Assembly (NCBI GenBank): GCA_964342815.1
Contig: CAYFHS010000003.1
Coordinates: 96,001 to 160,000, forward strand
Direction: 5' to 3'
Source of the DNA: an uncultured archaeon
Lineage (GTDB): Archaea > Thermoplasmatota > Penumbrarchaeia > JASLWR01
Length of the DNA stretch: 64,000 nucleotides
Shown: positions 15,230-25,528 of the stretch, in pieces
How the letters are laid out: each line of letters opens with the position of its first letter
Position numbering within the stretch: position 1 is the stretch's first letter
Notes under the pieces: generated by a model
What the model saw: the letters and a program-made list of their open reading frames with translations, nothing else
What the model was told of the DNA's origin: nothing
The model's database searches: none
Made by a program: the position numbers and the translations under genes

Positions 15230-18200
15230 TCACCCACCATACTTCCCATGGCCATCGTCCACATTCTTCTTTTGTAAATTCTCCGGGCTGTACCGCGAGT
15301 TGATGAACAATGGAACATACCCTTCGGGAACCCTTCCATAAGGACGAGGTTCTTCGATCTCCTGCACCGGTCGCGGTTCTTCCATCTTGCGTCTTCTTTT
15401 GAAAATATAGATTATCTGTACGACCACCAGAGCGATCAATATAACAAAAAACCAGGTCCATATAGACCAGCAGATACCACCTGAACTGACGGATTCACTG
15501 CCAGTGCCATCATCGTTATCGTCATCATCTGCCGCAGGACTCTCACCTGCCACCGTTACGGGAATTGTCAGCTCTTTGGTTATATTTTTGTAGACTGCTT
15601 TTATTATCAATTGTAAATTCCCACTGTTCATCACATCTTCAACGGAAATTCCAGGCAGATTGACGAGGCCCGAAATGCCTGTAATAACGCCAACCTTTGC
15701 AAGAATCGAAGCGGGTACGTATGCGTAATCCGCAAAAGGTCCAGCCGTATCGAAATAAAGGGTAATGGGAGCATTGCCATTGTTTTTCACGGTAAAATTG
15801 AAAGTTGCATTCACATCCCTTTCGATATCCAAACGGGAGATTTCCGTGTTAATGTCGAATTCGATTATAGGCTGAAACGAGTCGTTGACGAAAAAAGACC
15901 ATGTCGCGCTTAAACATTCACCTACATAGGGCCCGGCAACGGGGATCACGGACCAGTAGTAGATCGAAGCAACATCCAGATTCGTTATCAAATAATTTTC
16001 CTCATTTGTAACGGCGATCTCGATCAGGTTATCCATTGTCTTGTTGAGTAACACACGGTACGAGACCGGATATTCCGTTGGATTAGTGGTCTCCCATTCC
16101 AGATTGATGGAATTCGTATCGATCGTTCCTACGTTCTGGGGGAACATAAGTTTCGTTCGCGGTATCGGGATATATGCATCTATTTCAAAACTCCAGATCC
16201 CATCCATGGAAACCGACGAGGAGACATTGTCTTTAGCTTCGACGTACCAGTAGTAAGTTGAGCCGTCATCAAGGCCAGAAAGGGTATGATTAGCGAACTT
16301 GAGATCCGAAACGTTCAGCGGAGGATTTTCGGTCTTGCCTAAGTACAGGTCATAGGAAATATCCTTTGGATTATTGTCGACATCAAAAACATCCCATGAC
16401 AACGTTACGTTGGTATACTCCAGTATCCCGCCATCCATTGGGGATATGTGCCAGGAAGAGGGAGGATCGTTTACATTGTTGACGACTATATCGAAAGCGG
16501 GAGCTAGGGTGGAAATTCCGAAGATATTTTCACAGCTGACCACCACCGATGCTTTCCCGGTCCAGTTATCTGCGAGATGGTCAACGGCCAGGTAGGAGCC
16601 TGTCACGGAAAGGTTGACGTTGCCATCCTCGGAATTGCTTTGGACCGCATAAGCGGGTGGAGAAAATACCGAATACTGGTCCTCAAAATATTCCGATAGA
16701 TCAACAATATTGTCATTAAGCGTATCTTCCAATATATTAATGGTTTCAATATCTTTAATGAAGATCGGTGAATCGGGTTCTTTTAGGTAAGCCCCCCACT
16801 CTTTCAATGCCGGTGTTTCCGTTTTCGACCCTCCCAAGCGCGCTTCCAGGTAAATTGATGGATGCGCCATCGGATTCATCCAACTAAGGTCGAAAGAACC
16901 GTATGAATGGTCAGTAACATCCTTCATCAGTTCCTGGCCGGTAGCTGTATCGAACACGGAAATATTCAGATAGGTTCCCGCGGGTACGATTCTATTGAAT
17001 GAGACGGAATCCCAGACGAAACTGTCGGGCGGCTTTATTTCCACTGAACGAAGTCTGCCTTCCGGTCGAAACAACATTGCGTTACGTACCGCCATCCCGG
17101 ATGTGACGGTTGTGTTCGTGATACAAAGCTCATCAATATTACCTCTGTAATAATCACTTTTCGCAGGCCCGTCGCACCCAATATTCAGCACAGCCGAGTC
17201 CGAGGACAAGGTGCCCGCGGCAGAGATTGCGTGGTCCGCCCCCACAAGTTCACCATCGACATAGAGAGAAATACTATCCTGAGAATCCTTTGATGCTGCA
17301 AAATTATGCCACTCACTATCCTGAAAGGTACCGGTTGATGTTACAACGTCGTCGGGGCCCCACAATGCGTCATCGTCGATCCCGAAAGAGAGATGCCCGT
17401 CGGAGCTTAGCCAGACCTTGTACCCTTGATCGGAATCATAATGGGATACGATATGCTGCTCAAGGACAAAATCCACAACAAGAAGAGGCGCGGCCTCGGT
17501 TTCACCATCATAGGATTCCGCGGTCCTTAGGCCGGTTCCCACAACAATGGCAACGAGAGAATTGCCAAAGGCCCAACCGTCCCGATCCACGATCTCCTGG
17601 ATGATGGGCGATAGATCCTCCGATTGATGTTTTTCGTTAATTACGTTCCAGGGGGGAACATTGCTCCACTGAACGTAATTCGAAGTTTTCGGCCTACTGG
17701 AAATATCGAAAGAATTACTGGTGAAACCGGTGGCATCATCCGTATCCTCGCAGTAAAAACGCAGATCGGTGGCTCCCGATTCCGCCTCGTCGCATTCGAA
17801 CTCAATATACGCATTTTTTATGGTAGCCCCATTGGGTATCTCCACATTCTGAAAACGCATCCCCACGTGCTGTAGTCCCTTCCCGCTGTTATCGACCAAT
17901 TCTAGGTCGGATGAGTCAAGGTCCATTCTTCCAGCGGAGTTCATTGCATACTCCTCTGCGTCGTCATTACGCTCTATGACCCTGACGGATATGCTGCCGC
18001 CCGGATACGGGCCCGGACTCTTGAACCAGCCGGTAATCCCGAAGCTCGCCGTCCCGAAATTGAACTTATCAGTGTAAGGAACACCCACATAATCATTCAC
18101 GCCGTCCAATGCCAGCGATCCATGGAAAAGTCCACCTGCTATCATCCCCCCGTATATCGTCCCGTCATTCCCGTGACCGCTGGAATCATAAGCGGTGTTC

Positions 18201-18511
18201 CATGTCCCGTTGTCGAAATGCCATAGCCCTGCGCTGTGTTCACCCGGAACCATAAAATTATCCTGCAGCTGAGCCTGTCCGCCCGTCACACTGATATTTT
18301 CTTTGGAAGAAATGCTATCCGTATCAATAAAATTGTCAAAAAAATATTCTTCAGAGACAGCACGGGGCGAGATCGATCTTTCCAGGGAAGTGAAATTCGA
18401 ACCCGTGGTATCATGAAAACTATTTCCACCCTCTTGGGTCGAAAATGGGATGGAGATTAACATGCCCATTATGATAATGAATATTATCGGTGCGGATATT
18501 CTTTGTATCAT
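15230..18511 (-). CDS. Large secreted, membrane-anchored surface protein (LamG, inserted beta-sandwich domain, FN3-like repeats)
   Basis: N-terminal signal peptide, LamG motifs (GLWHFD..., IDEL), FN3-like units, acidic linker, C-terminal TM and cytoplasmic tail. Confidence 0.8.
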   Translation of the reverse strand: MIQRISAPIIFIIIMGMLISIPFSTQEGGNSFHDTTGSNFTSLERSISPRAVSEEYFFDNFIDTDSISSKENISVTGGQAQLQDNFMVPGEHSAGLWHFDNGTWNTAYDSSGHGNDGTIYGGMIAGGLFHGSLALDGVNDYVGVPYTDKFNFGTASFGITGWFKSPGPYPGGSISVRVIERNDDAEEYAMNSAGRMDLDSSDLELVDNSGKGLQHVGMRFQNVEIPNGATIKNAYIEFECDEAESGATDLRFYCEDTDDATGFTSNSFDISSRPKTSNYVQWSNVPPWNVINEKHQSEDLSPIIQEIVDRDGWAFGNSLVAIVVGTGLRTAESYDGETEAAPLLVVDFVLEQHIVSHYDSDQGYKVWLSSDGHLSFGIDDDALWGPDDVVTSTGTFQDSEWHNFAASKDSQDSISLYVDGELVGADHAISAAGTLSSDSAVLNIGCDGPAKSDYYRGNIDELCITNTTVTSGMAVRNAMLFRPEGRLRSVEIKPPDSFVWDSVSFNRIVPAGTYLNISVFDTATGQELMKDVTDHSYGSFDLSWMNPMAHPSIYLEARLGGSKTETPALKEWGAYLKEPDSPIFIKDIETINILEDTLNDNIVDLSEYFEDQYSVFSPPAYAVQSNSEDGNVNLSVTGSYLAVDHLADNWTGKASVVVSCENIFGISTLAPAFDIVVNNVNDPPSSWHISPMDGGILEYTNVTLSWDVFDVDNNPKDISYDLYLGKTENPPLNVSDLKFANHTLSGLDDGSTYYWYVEAKDNVSSSVSMDGIWSFEIDAYIPIPRTKLMFPQNVGTIDTNSINLEWETTNPTEYPVSYRVLLNKTMDNLIEIAVTNEENYLITNLDVASIYYWSVIPVAGPYVGECLSATWSFFVNDSFQPIIEFDINTEISRLDIERDVNATFNFTVKNNGNAPITLYFDTAGPFADYAYVPASILAKVGVITGISGLVNLPGISVEDVMNSGNLQLIIKAVYKNITKELTIPVTVAGESPAADDDDNDDGTGSESVSSGGICWSIWTWFFVILIALVVVQIIYIFKRRRKMEEPRPVQEIEEPRPYGRVPEGYVPLFINSRYSPENLQKKNVDDGHGKYGG

Positions 18512-18683
18512 GTATCAAGTTCTCCCAAATATGTGAATCGCTTATATATTATTCATAATATTATATTCTATTTTCTCTTGGAATTAGTTTCAAAGAAAGC
18601 TCGTACTCTGCGTTTGCTCGCTCGGGTAGTGCCGCCCCTTTGTGCTCTTCGATGTGGTATTTGTTACAAATTCTCTCAAGTGA

Positions 18684-19388
18684 CTATTCCTCGACACCCC
18701 TTCTACCGTGGAGCTCTTTTGCCATACGAATATTCACATCCGCCTTGTGAATAATTATAAGTGCAGTACCCAGCAGTAACGTCGAAATTCCAAAACCGAA
18801 GGTGAACATCCCCGTCACACAAAATATCTTCGCAGCTCGATTCCTTCCATTCTTTAAAGCTAAAATTCCCAATAACTGAGTTATAGTCGTTACCGAAAAA
18901 AACAGAGTGAAACCGGTGCAGTAATTTCCCATACGGGCTGACGATAGATGGCCGGATTCCACGACACCAGTTTCGTTTCCTATCACGAAATCGAGATGAT
19001 AGGTTCGGTCCGGTTCATTGAATACGTTATACGTGGTCAGGAGGTGAACCCGTCTTAATGAACCGTTATAATAAATCTCGATTGTGGTATCACCTGGCTC
19101 CACCTGCTGCACCGAAAAGAAACCGGTACTGTTCGTCGAGATGTTCGCCGTGACGCCGGAGATCATAATTTCCGCACCCAAGACAGGAGCCCCGTGCTCA
19201 TCCACCACATCACCGGATATGTTTACTCCGGCACCAAGACTGCCCAGCCTGTTTCCCAGTACCAGTAGAAAAACGATAAATACCACGGACCAGAAAAGTG
19301 ACATGAACATCATTATCCGGGCTCGCCTCAGAAGCGGTGCAGCCGATTCTTCCAAGCGTTTAGCACCCTCGGGTACCATAATAATCAT
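18684..19388 (-). CDS. Membrane protein with carboxypeptidase-regulatory-like (Ig) domain
   Basis: TM helix, ISGDVVDEHGAPVLGAEI...TNSTGFF motif, further TM helices. Confidence 0.7.
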   Translation of the reverse strand: MIIMVPEGAKRLEESAAPLLRRARIMMFMSLFWSVVFIVFLLVLGNRLGSLGAGVNISGDVVDEHGAPVLGAEIMISGVTANISTNSTGFFSVQQVEPGDTTIEIYYNGSLRRVHLLTTYNVFNEPDRTYHLDFVIGNETGVVESGHLSSARMGNYCTGFTLFFSVTTITQLLGILALKNGRNRAAKIFCVTGMFTFGFGISTLLLGTALIIIHKADVNIRMAKELHGRRGVEE

Positions 19389-20044
19389 TCCTTCGGAGGT
19401 TTTAATTCAGGAAGTTCATCCAGAGAACTAATGAAGAATGTGGGGTTGGTCTTGTCGTAATTGTGAAAATGGCTTCGGATAAGATGAGCCGTATAAACCC
19501 CTGCGGCATCACCCGCCATAACGTCCAGTTCGCTGTCACCGATCATCAAAGCCTTGTCGGGTGAAACACCCATTTTTTCCAGGACCACATTTATACCGTG
19601 GGGATGCGGTTTTGAATATTCTTCATTGTACTGTGTCGCGTACAAAAACTCGAAATGATCCTTGAGACCGGTTCTGCGCAGCTCCAGTCTCGCGACCGAA
19701 TCCGGAGTGTTGCTCACCATTGCGATCCGGCCCTTGAGACGGTCCAGTGCTCCCACGTCCGGATAGGCTTTCAGGAATCCTTCATCGAGAAGCCGTTCCC
19801 GCTCCTTGTAATCCTCCTCCTCCAGCCTTTTCCAGTAGTCCCGCGGTTCCTTTATACCCAGTCCCCGGAGATAGAGATTCGACTCATGGTTGGGCAGCTT
19901 GAGAGCAGTGTAGAGATCGTCGTCGGGAGGAAGAAATACACCAAATTCCTCGTAAACGCGTCTTTGAAACTTTCGAAACCAGGTAATGTCCTTGATATCG
20001 ATGAGGGTTCCGTCCAGATCGAAAATATAAGCATCGAACATCAC
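19385..20044 (-). CDS. HAD-superfamily hydrolase (phosphoglycolate phosphatase-like)
   Basis: FDLDGTL, SKPHP and MIGDSELD motifs. Confidence 0.85.
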   Translation of the reverse strand: MMFDAYIFDLDGTLIDIKDITWFRKFQRRVYEEFGVFLPPDDDLYTALKLPNHESNLYLRGLGIKEPRDYWKRLEEEDYKERERLLDEGFLKAYPDVGALDRLKGRIAMVSNTPDSVARLELRRTGLKDHFEFLYATQYNEEYSKPHPHGINVVLEKMGVSPDKALMIGDSELDVMAGDAAGVYTAHLIRSHFHNYDKTNPTFFISSLDELPELKPPKE

Positions 20045-20326
20045 CTGCGTTAAGGGAACGATTATATTTTAATATTGTTTCCAATGGTCAATGGAATTGT
20101 GCTGGGTTGTTGTGTTAACGGCGATAGTGCAAATTGGATTTTTTTATATCGTGGACGAGAGCGCCGTTTGCTTCAGCTCGGCGCTCTCTTAAGATAAGAA
20201 AGTCGGTGCCACTTCATAGAAGTTCAGGCAAAGAAGATTTCCGGACTGAGCCAGAACCCCCTAATTTTTTGAATATAAATCAAAAATATCAAATAACCCA
20301 AATTTCATTCATACCTGTGTGATACA

Positions 20327-22042
20327 TTGAGAAATGCCTGGATCAGCTTGGTAATAATAACGATCTTTCTTGTTGCCACGCTTTTCGTCGGCTGCACGGA
20401 TGATCCTGATGAAAAGGACGACGGGAAAGATTTTCCAGATAACAAAGACGATGACGACATGGAAGATGACGATAATACCGGCGATGATGATGATGACGAT
20501 ACACCGAAAGACCCGCAGATATCCGGTTTCGATTTCAAGCTTGAGACTGGCACTTTTTGGAATTTCTACTGGAAGACTGAGGACTACTCCTGGGTTCAGG
20601 GAAATGATCCAAACACGGATACATTTATCGGTGATTTCAAGGTCGAACTGGGGGTCTCTGTGGACATTGACGGCGTTAATGCTTTTGCGGTGAGCGTATC
20701 CGGAGACAGCACCGACGAGGATTTCGATTTCGCTCCGATATGGACTCACCTTGCCGTTGACGGAAATCAGCTTCTCGGATCCACCGACGGCCTAACGCTC
20801 GAGATAGTATTCGACGGCATGACCGGGAAATGGATGGGAGGCGGTTTCTTCACATCTTTCCCCGATGATACGGAGCTCACGGCAAAATCGGGCCAGATCA
20901 GCAACGAATACATAGAAACACCGGCATACTCGGTGGGGCGGTCGGACAGCCAAACCGGCACGGTGTATATACCGGAGACCGGGGAGACCATCGACACCGG
21001 TGATGACGATATCACATACAATGAGAATGAATACTTCAAAGGAGGTCTGGGGCCGGTGGGATACTATTATTACTATTCCTATTCAAGCGACGGCGGCGGA
21101 TTTTACACGTCATTTTCCACCAAACGGATCGTGGGACTGGTAGAAACCACACTTACTGCAGATGACGGTTTCGTGCCCAAGCTGCCTCCGTGGGTCCGCA
21201 AGAGCGACATGCCGGTATCCAGGAACAAGGGATCCGCTGCGGCGGTGGATGACATAATATATCTGGTTGGTGGTGGTGTTACCGGAGTGGATGCATATGA
21301 TCCAGTCACTGACACGTGGTCGGAAAAGACTCCCATGCCAGTTGTGAGATACGAGACTACAAGTGCATCGGTGAGCGGCAAGATATACGTTTTCGGAAGC
21401 GAGAGCACCCGGGTGGACGTCTACTATCCCACCATGGACAGCTGGACCACTGCCGGAGATATGCCGAAGGAGTATGAATACGTGAGATGCGCTGCAGTGG
21501 GGGACCAGATCGTTCTCATGGGTGATACCAGCTCAAAATGGTACGACCCGAACATCGAGGTCCAGATGTACACCCCAGGCGAGGAAAAGTGGGAGCTCAT
21601 GGGAACTCTGCCCAGCGATCTGGAAAGGACCGCCTTTGCCCTAGCCGCCGTGGATTCGTACGTATTCGTCATCGGTGGTTACAAGGGGGATCTCGACCCA
21701 AAGCAGACGCTTCGGTATCATGCCGGAACAGAGATAATTGAAGAGGAAGGATGGCTCAATGAGGCCCGAAGCTTTTCCACGGCGGCCTCGGTGGACGGCG
21801 AGATATTCGCCATCGGGGGCCATACGGATGCCGGTTACAAGGATGCTGTGGAATCTTACGACACGTCATCTTCCGGGAACTACTGGTTCGAACGCTCGTC
21901 CATGTCAACGCCCAGATCGCATATAACTTGCGCTGTTGTTGATGACGTAATATATGTTTTCGGCGGGCAGAACAATGACAAGCTTAAGTTGGTAGAGAAA
22001 TACGATCCGGCAACGGACGTGGAGATAAACGTCGTTGAATAA
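20327..22042 (+). CDS. Kelch-repeat lipoprotein
   Basis: Signal peptide with FVGC lipobox, Asp-rich linker, about six kelch repeats (IYLVGG, IYVFG, VFVIGG, IFAIGG, IYVFGG). Confidence 0.8.
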   Translation: MRNAWISLVIITIFLVATLFVGCTDDPDEKDDGKDFPDNKDDDDMEDDDNTGDDDDDDTPKDPQISGFDFKLETGTFWNFYWKTEDYSWVQGNDPNTDTFIGDFKVELGVSVDIDGVNAFAVSVSGDSTDEDFDFAPIWTHLAVDGNQLLGSTDGLTLEIVFDGMTGKWMGGGFFTSFPDDTELTAKSGQISNEYIETPAYSVGRSDSQTGTVYIPETGETIDTGDDDITYNENEYFKGGLGPVGYYYYYSYSSDGGGFYTSFSTKRIVGLVETTLTADDGFVPKLPPWVRKSDMPVSRNKGSAAAVDDIIYLVGGGVTGVDAYDPVTDTWSEKTPMPVVRYETTSASVSGKIYVFGSESTRVDVYYPTMDSWTTAGDMPKEYEYVRCAAVGDQIVLMGDTSSKWYDPNIEVQMYTPGEEKWELMGTLPSDLERTAFALAAVDSYVFVIGGYKGDLDPKQTLRYHAGTEIIEEEGWLNEARSFSTAASVDGEIFAIGGHTDAGYKDAVESYDTSSSGNYWFERSSMSTPRSHITCAVVDDVIYVFGGQNNDKLKLVEKYDPATDVEINVVE

Positions 22043-22086
22043 GACCCCTTCGGTCGCTATTCCGTCCCGGACCTGATAAGTTCCAC

Positions 22087-22142
22087 AGTTATCCTACTTT
22101 ATAACGATAAATAAAAAATAAAATAGAAATAGTGGGATAACT
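22087..22142. promoter_or_regulatory. 12-bp inverted repeat flanking the TATA region upstream of the fic gene
   Basis: AGTTATCCTACT (22087-22098) and AGTGGGATAACT (22131-22142), 11/12 complementary, around TTTATAA and an A-rich spacer. Confidence 0.55.
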
Positions 22143-22154
22143 ATTAGATAATGT

Positions 22155-23303
22155 ATGGTATCGGTGAAAACCAGGACCGTGAAAGGAAATGATTACGTAT
22201 ATGTTTCCGCAACGGCATCCTTTAGAGGAGAGAAGAAAAGTTTCGAGAAGATGGTGGGGCGGAAAGGTACGGACGAAAGTCTCCTTGCCGACAGGATAAA
22301 ATTCTATTCGGAGCTGATGTCTCTAAAGGCCGATCTATACCGAATGTATCTTGAGATAAAAGGCACAAAATTGGATCATCTGGATAAAAAATGCGCGATT
22401 TTTCTGGTACTGCTGCCATCGTTCTACAGAAAATACCTGTCGAACCTGTACCCTTCCGAGTTGGAAAAATACAGAAATAATTTCGATGTACGTTATATTC
22501 ACAATACAAATGCAATAGAGGGAAATACCATATCACTAAAAGAAACTGCAATGATGCTGGACCACAATCTATCACCCAGATCGAAGAAATTAAGAGAGAT
22601 CCACGAGATAGAGAACTTCACGAAGGTTCTTAATTACGTAAGAAAATATGATAAGGGCATCAACAAGAAATTTATGCTGAAACTTCATGAATTGATAACC
22701 AGGAACATAGACGACAACACTGCAGGGAACTTCCGAAGGATAAGCATAGGTATCTCGGGAAGCAAATGGGAACCTGTCCCCGCCATCTCGGTACAGGAGG
22801 AGCTGGATGATCTGCTGAAGTGGTATAAGGGGGGAAAAGAAAAAATAAATCCATTTGAGCTCGCAGGCATATTCAATCATCGGTTCCTTCAGATACACCC
22901 CTTCGTGGACGGGAACGGAAGGGTAGCGAGGGAACTTTTTAATTTCATACTCCAAAGAGCCGGATTCCCACCCATCATCGTTCCGGTGATAAGACGCGAC
23001 GACTACATGGATTATCTTGAAAAGGCGGATGAAGGCGATATCAGGCCGTTACTTAGATTCTATTTTCAATTATTGGTTACAGATTATATCATGGTTGTAA
23101 GCGAGGTATTCGCGCAGGAACAGATGAAGTTTACCGATAGTTTGAAAAGTGTCGATGAGGATGAGATCACCGGTTCTGAATTAATGGAATACTTCGAGAT
23201 ACTAAGATGGTTCTTTGGTTTGCTGGGTGAGTTGTACGAGGGTGATGTCTTCAAGCTCGAGGATGTGGGGAAGTTGATGGAAGGATTGTCAATATCGCAA
23301 TGA
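22155..23303 (+). CDS. Fic family protein (class II-like, with inhibitory helix)
   Basis: Canonical HPFVDGNGRVAR motif; TNAIEGN inhibitory (S/T)xxxE(G/N) motif. Confidence 0.9.
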   Translation: MVSVKTRTVKGNDYVYVSATASFRGEKKSFEKMVGRKGTDESLLADRIKFYSELMSLKADLYRMYLEIKGTKLDHLDKKCAIFLVLLPSFYRKYLSNLYPSELEKYRNNFDVRYIHNTNAIEGNTISLKETAMMLDHNLSPRSKKLREIHEIENFTKVLNYVRKYDKGINKKFMLKLHELITRNIDDNTAGNFRRISIGISGSKWEPVPAISVQEELDDLLKWYKGGKEKINPFELAGIFNHRFLQIHPFVDGNGRVARELFNFILQRAGFPPIIVPVIRRDDYMDYLEKADEGDIRPLLRFYFQLLVTDYIMVVSEVFAQEQMKFTDSLKSVDEDEITGSELMEYFEILRWFFGLLGELYEGDVFKLEDVGKLMEGLSISQ

Positions 23304-23368
23304 ACTCTTCTTTCACAGCGATCCAACTTGGGTATTTTTCCATGACCTCTTTGCTATTTTCTATCTTC

Positions 23369-24073
23369 TTACATACTTCTCCCAACCTTATTTATTTTAG
23401 AAAATAATGCATCTTTCATAATATCTTGTTCATTATCTATAACCAACATCCATTTTTGTTCATCCGGGTGGGGCCACTCAATGATATTACAATACAAATC
23501 CTGTTCCCCCGCCAGATCTTTCATTTTTTCTATCGTATAGAAAACACAGGGAGGATAAACCCATTCCTCACCCGAATAATTTTCTTCCCCTTGACTGAAG
23601 GTTGCAACAATTATTGAGTTTTCTTTCATCGATTTTCTAATTTCACTAAAGCACCTTTTTATCTGCCTTTCGGATGCATGAGTGAAAATAGATTGAGCAA
23701 GGAAGAAGTCAAATTGCACTCCGAAAGTAGTGCATGAAAAATTATTATCATTGATTATGGTTGGTTCTTTGATCTTGAAAATATCCTTACCCAATTCCAA
23801 TTCAATTCCCTCTTCGATTAACCATTGATTTGGTTCAATCCCATAATACCTTCCTGGAAGTAAATATGGAATAAACAATTTCCCTCCTCTCAACGAACCG
23901 CACCCAATGTCTAATAGATAGTGCTCCTCTCTAAGACCAAGTGAGGTTAACAAATTGAACTGTATTGCTGAACATAGGTCGTAGTTCTTTGCCGGTCCCA
24001 CATAGGCCCTGTAATGTCTTGCTCCATTCTCCAAGTCAAGTCCCAATCGAGCTTCTTCTGAAATCACTTTCAT
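23369..24073 (-). CDS. Class I SAM-dependent methyltransferase
   Basis: LLDIGCGSLRGG motif I; QSIFTH. Confidence 0.85.
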   Translation of the reverse strand: MKVISEEARLGLDLENGARHYRAYVGPAKNYDLCSAIQFNLLTSLGLREEHYLLDIGCGSLRGGKLFIPYLLPGRYYGIEPNQWLIEEGIELELGKDIFKIKEPTIINDNNFSCTTFGVQFDFFLAQSIFTHASERQIKRCFSEIRKSMKENSIIVATFSQGEENYSGEEWVYPPCVFYTIEKMKDLAGEQDLYCNIIEWPHPDEQKWMLVIDNEQDIMKDALFSKINKVGRSM

Positions 24074-24085
24074 AAAACCATGCTC

Positions 24086-24775
24086 CTAACCAAACAGTAT
24101 TGTAATTTGTTCCTTCAAATCTTCAATAGAGATTTTATTTATATCGAACGCCTCCAGCCCCCCGACTCTTGCTGGTATGATATCAAAATCCAGTGAATCA
24201 CCCACCATGGCAACAGCACCGTATTCTTCTCTTAGATATTGATATGTCCTAGCTTCCTTCTCCATACCCAATGGAATAATTCGAGGATTGGATGAAATCT
24301 TATCAGTAACGAAGACGTGTGGATTTCCCGGTAGAAAGTCGTCTGGAAATCGGTCCAGTTTGAATCCCGCTTCAGTTGCAGATGAATCAGTAAAAAGATA
24401 ATATATATGTTCATTTCCAATGATAGTATTAAGAAGATCAGTTATTTTGGGAAAAACCTTCATTTCTTCAAGACTTTTCCAATAAATATTATTAAGTTCT
24501 GGTAGGTGATTTTCAATAAGCCTCTCTTCAACACCGAGGAAGCTAAGAAGCATTCTGAAACGTATGTTTAGATCATTTTTATCATTCATTCGGAAGACGC
24601 TGAATTGTACATTGGTGATTTTATTCAACAGTTCTCTGTTTATCTGTACTTCAAATTGAGGAAAACACTTCTTTAGGTATTCCAAACACTGCTCATAAGC
24701 AATTATTTTTCGCTCTTGGGCATCGCAAATGGTACCGTCTATATCGATTAATACGCTTTTCCCTCGTTTGCACAT
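24086..24775 (-). CDS. HAD-superfamily hydrolase
   Basis: IDIDGTI motif I, MVGDSLDFDI motif IV. Confidence 0.75.
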   Translation of the reverse strand: MCKRGKSVLIDIDGTICDAQERKIIAYEQCLEYLKKCFPQFEVQINRELLNKITNVQFSVFRMNDKNDLNIRFRMLLSFLGVEERLIENHLPELNNIYWKSLEEMKVFPKITDLLNTIIGNEHIYYLFTDSSATEAGFKLDRFPDDFLPGNPHVFVTDKISSNPRIIPLGMEKEARTYQYLREEYGAVAMVGDSLDFDIIPARVGGLEAFDINKISIEDLKEQITILFG

Positions 24776-24781
24776 TTCAAC

Positions 24782-25528
24782 TCATTCCCTGATCACTTTG
24801 ATGATATTCCCACGCTCATCGATCCATACAATTCTGTCGTCGATTTCCTCTGCCCATGCAAATCCATTATAGAAATTATCGACCAATCTGAAACGGTGGG
24901 AGTATAATTCTTCACCATTCTTGTTGATATGAAAACAACCCTGCTCATCTTCAGCGACAGCATACCTTTTATGGAATATTCCAACATTGATAAAGGTTCT
25001 CTCATACACTCTATTTCCATTGCGATCTATATGAAAAACTCCTTCGGAATCTCTAACTCCCGCTACTCCTTCATTGAAATCGCCCACATGAAGATATCTT
25101 TCAGGGTATGTCCTATTTCCATCTAATTTGATATGGAAGAAATTTCCATCTCGATCGCAAACAGGGGCCAATCCCTCATTGAAATTTCCCGCCCACACAT
25201 ATCTATCCTCGTATACCTCGTTTCCATCAAGATCTATGTGGTAGTATTCACCGTTCTCAACAACTGCCGCTAATCCACCATAATACCCGAAGGTTCTGCC
25301 GTATCGTTCAGGATATAACGGCTCTCCGTTTTCAAGAATGTGATATGCACCGCTATCATCCAAGACTGGTGCACGAGAGTAACGAAATGCCAAAACGGAT
25401 AGAAAACGTTTCTTATAAGCCTCTGTACCATCGGGTCTGATATGATGTGTCCCATCACTGGATACTCGTAGGTTTTTCCAGTATACCTTCTTCTCGACAA
25501 TCTCGTTATTTGCCATATTAATTTTCAT
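24782..25528 (-). CDS. WG-repeat (KWG-like) protein
   Basis: Six ~35-aa repeats (F.EG.A.V.D..G.FHI...G...Y). Confidence 0.8.
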   Translation of the reverse strand: MKINMANNEIVEKKVYWKNLRVSSDGTHHIRPDGTEAYKKRFLSVLAFRYSRAPVLDDSGAYHILENGEPLYPERYGRTFGYYGGLAAVVENGEYYHIDLDGNEVYEDRYVWAGNFNEGLAPVCDRDGNFFHIKLDGNRTYPERYLHVGDFNEGVAGVRDSEGVFHIDRNGNRVYERTFINVGIFHKRYAVAEDEQGCFHINKNGEELYSHRFRLVDNFYNGFAWAEEIDDRIVWIDERGNIIKVIRE

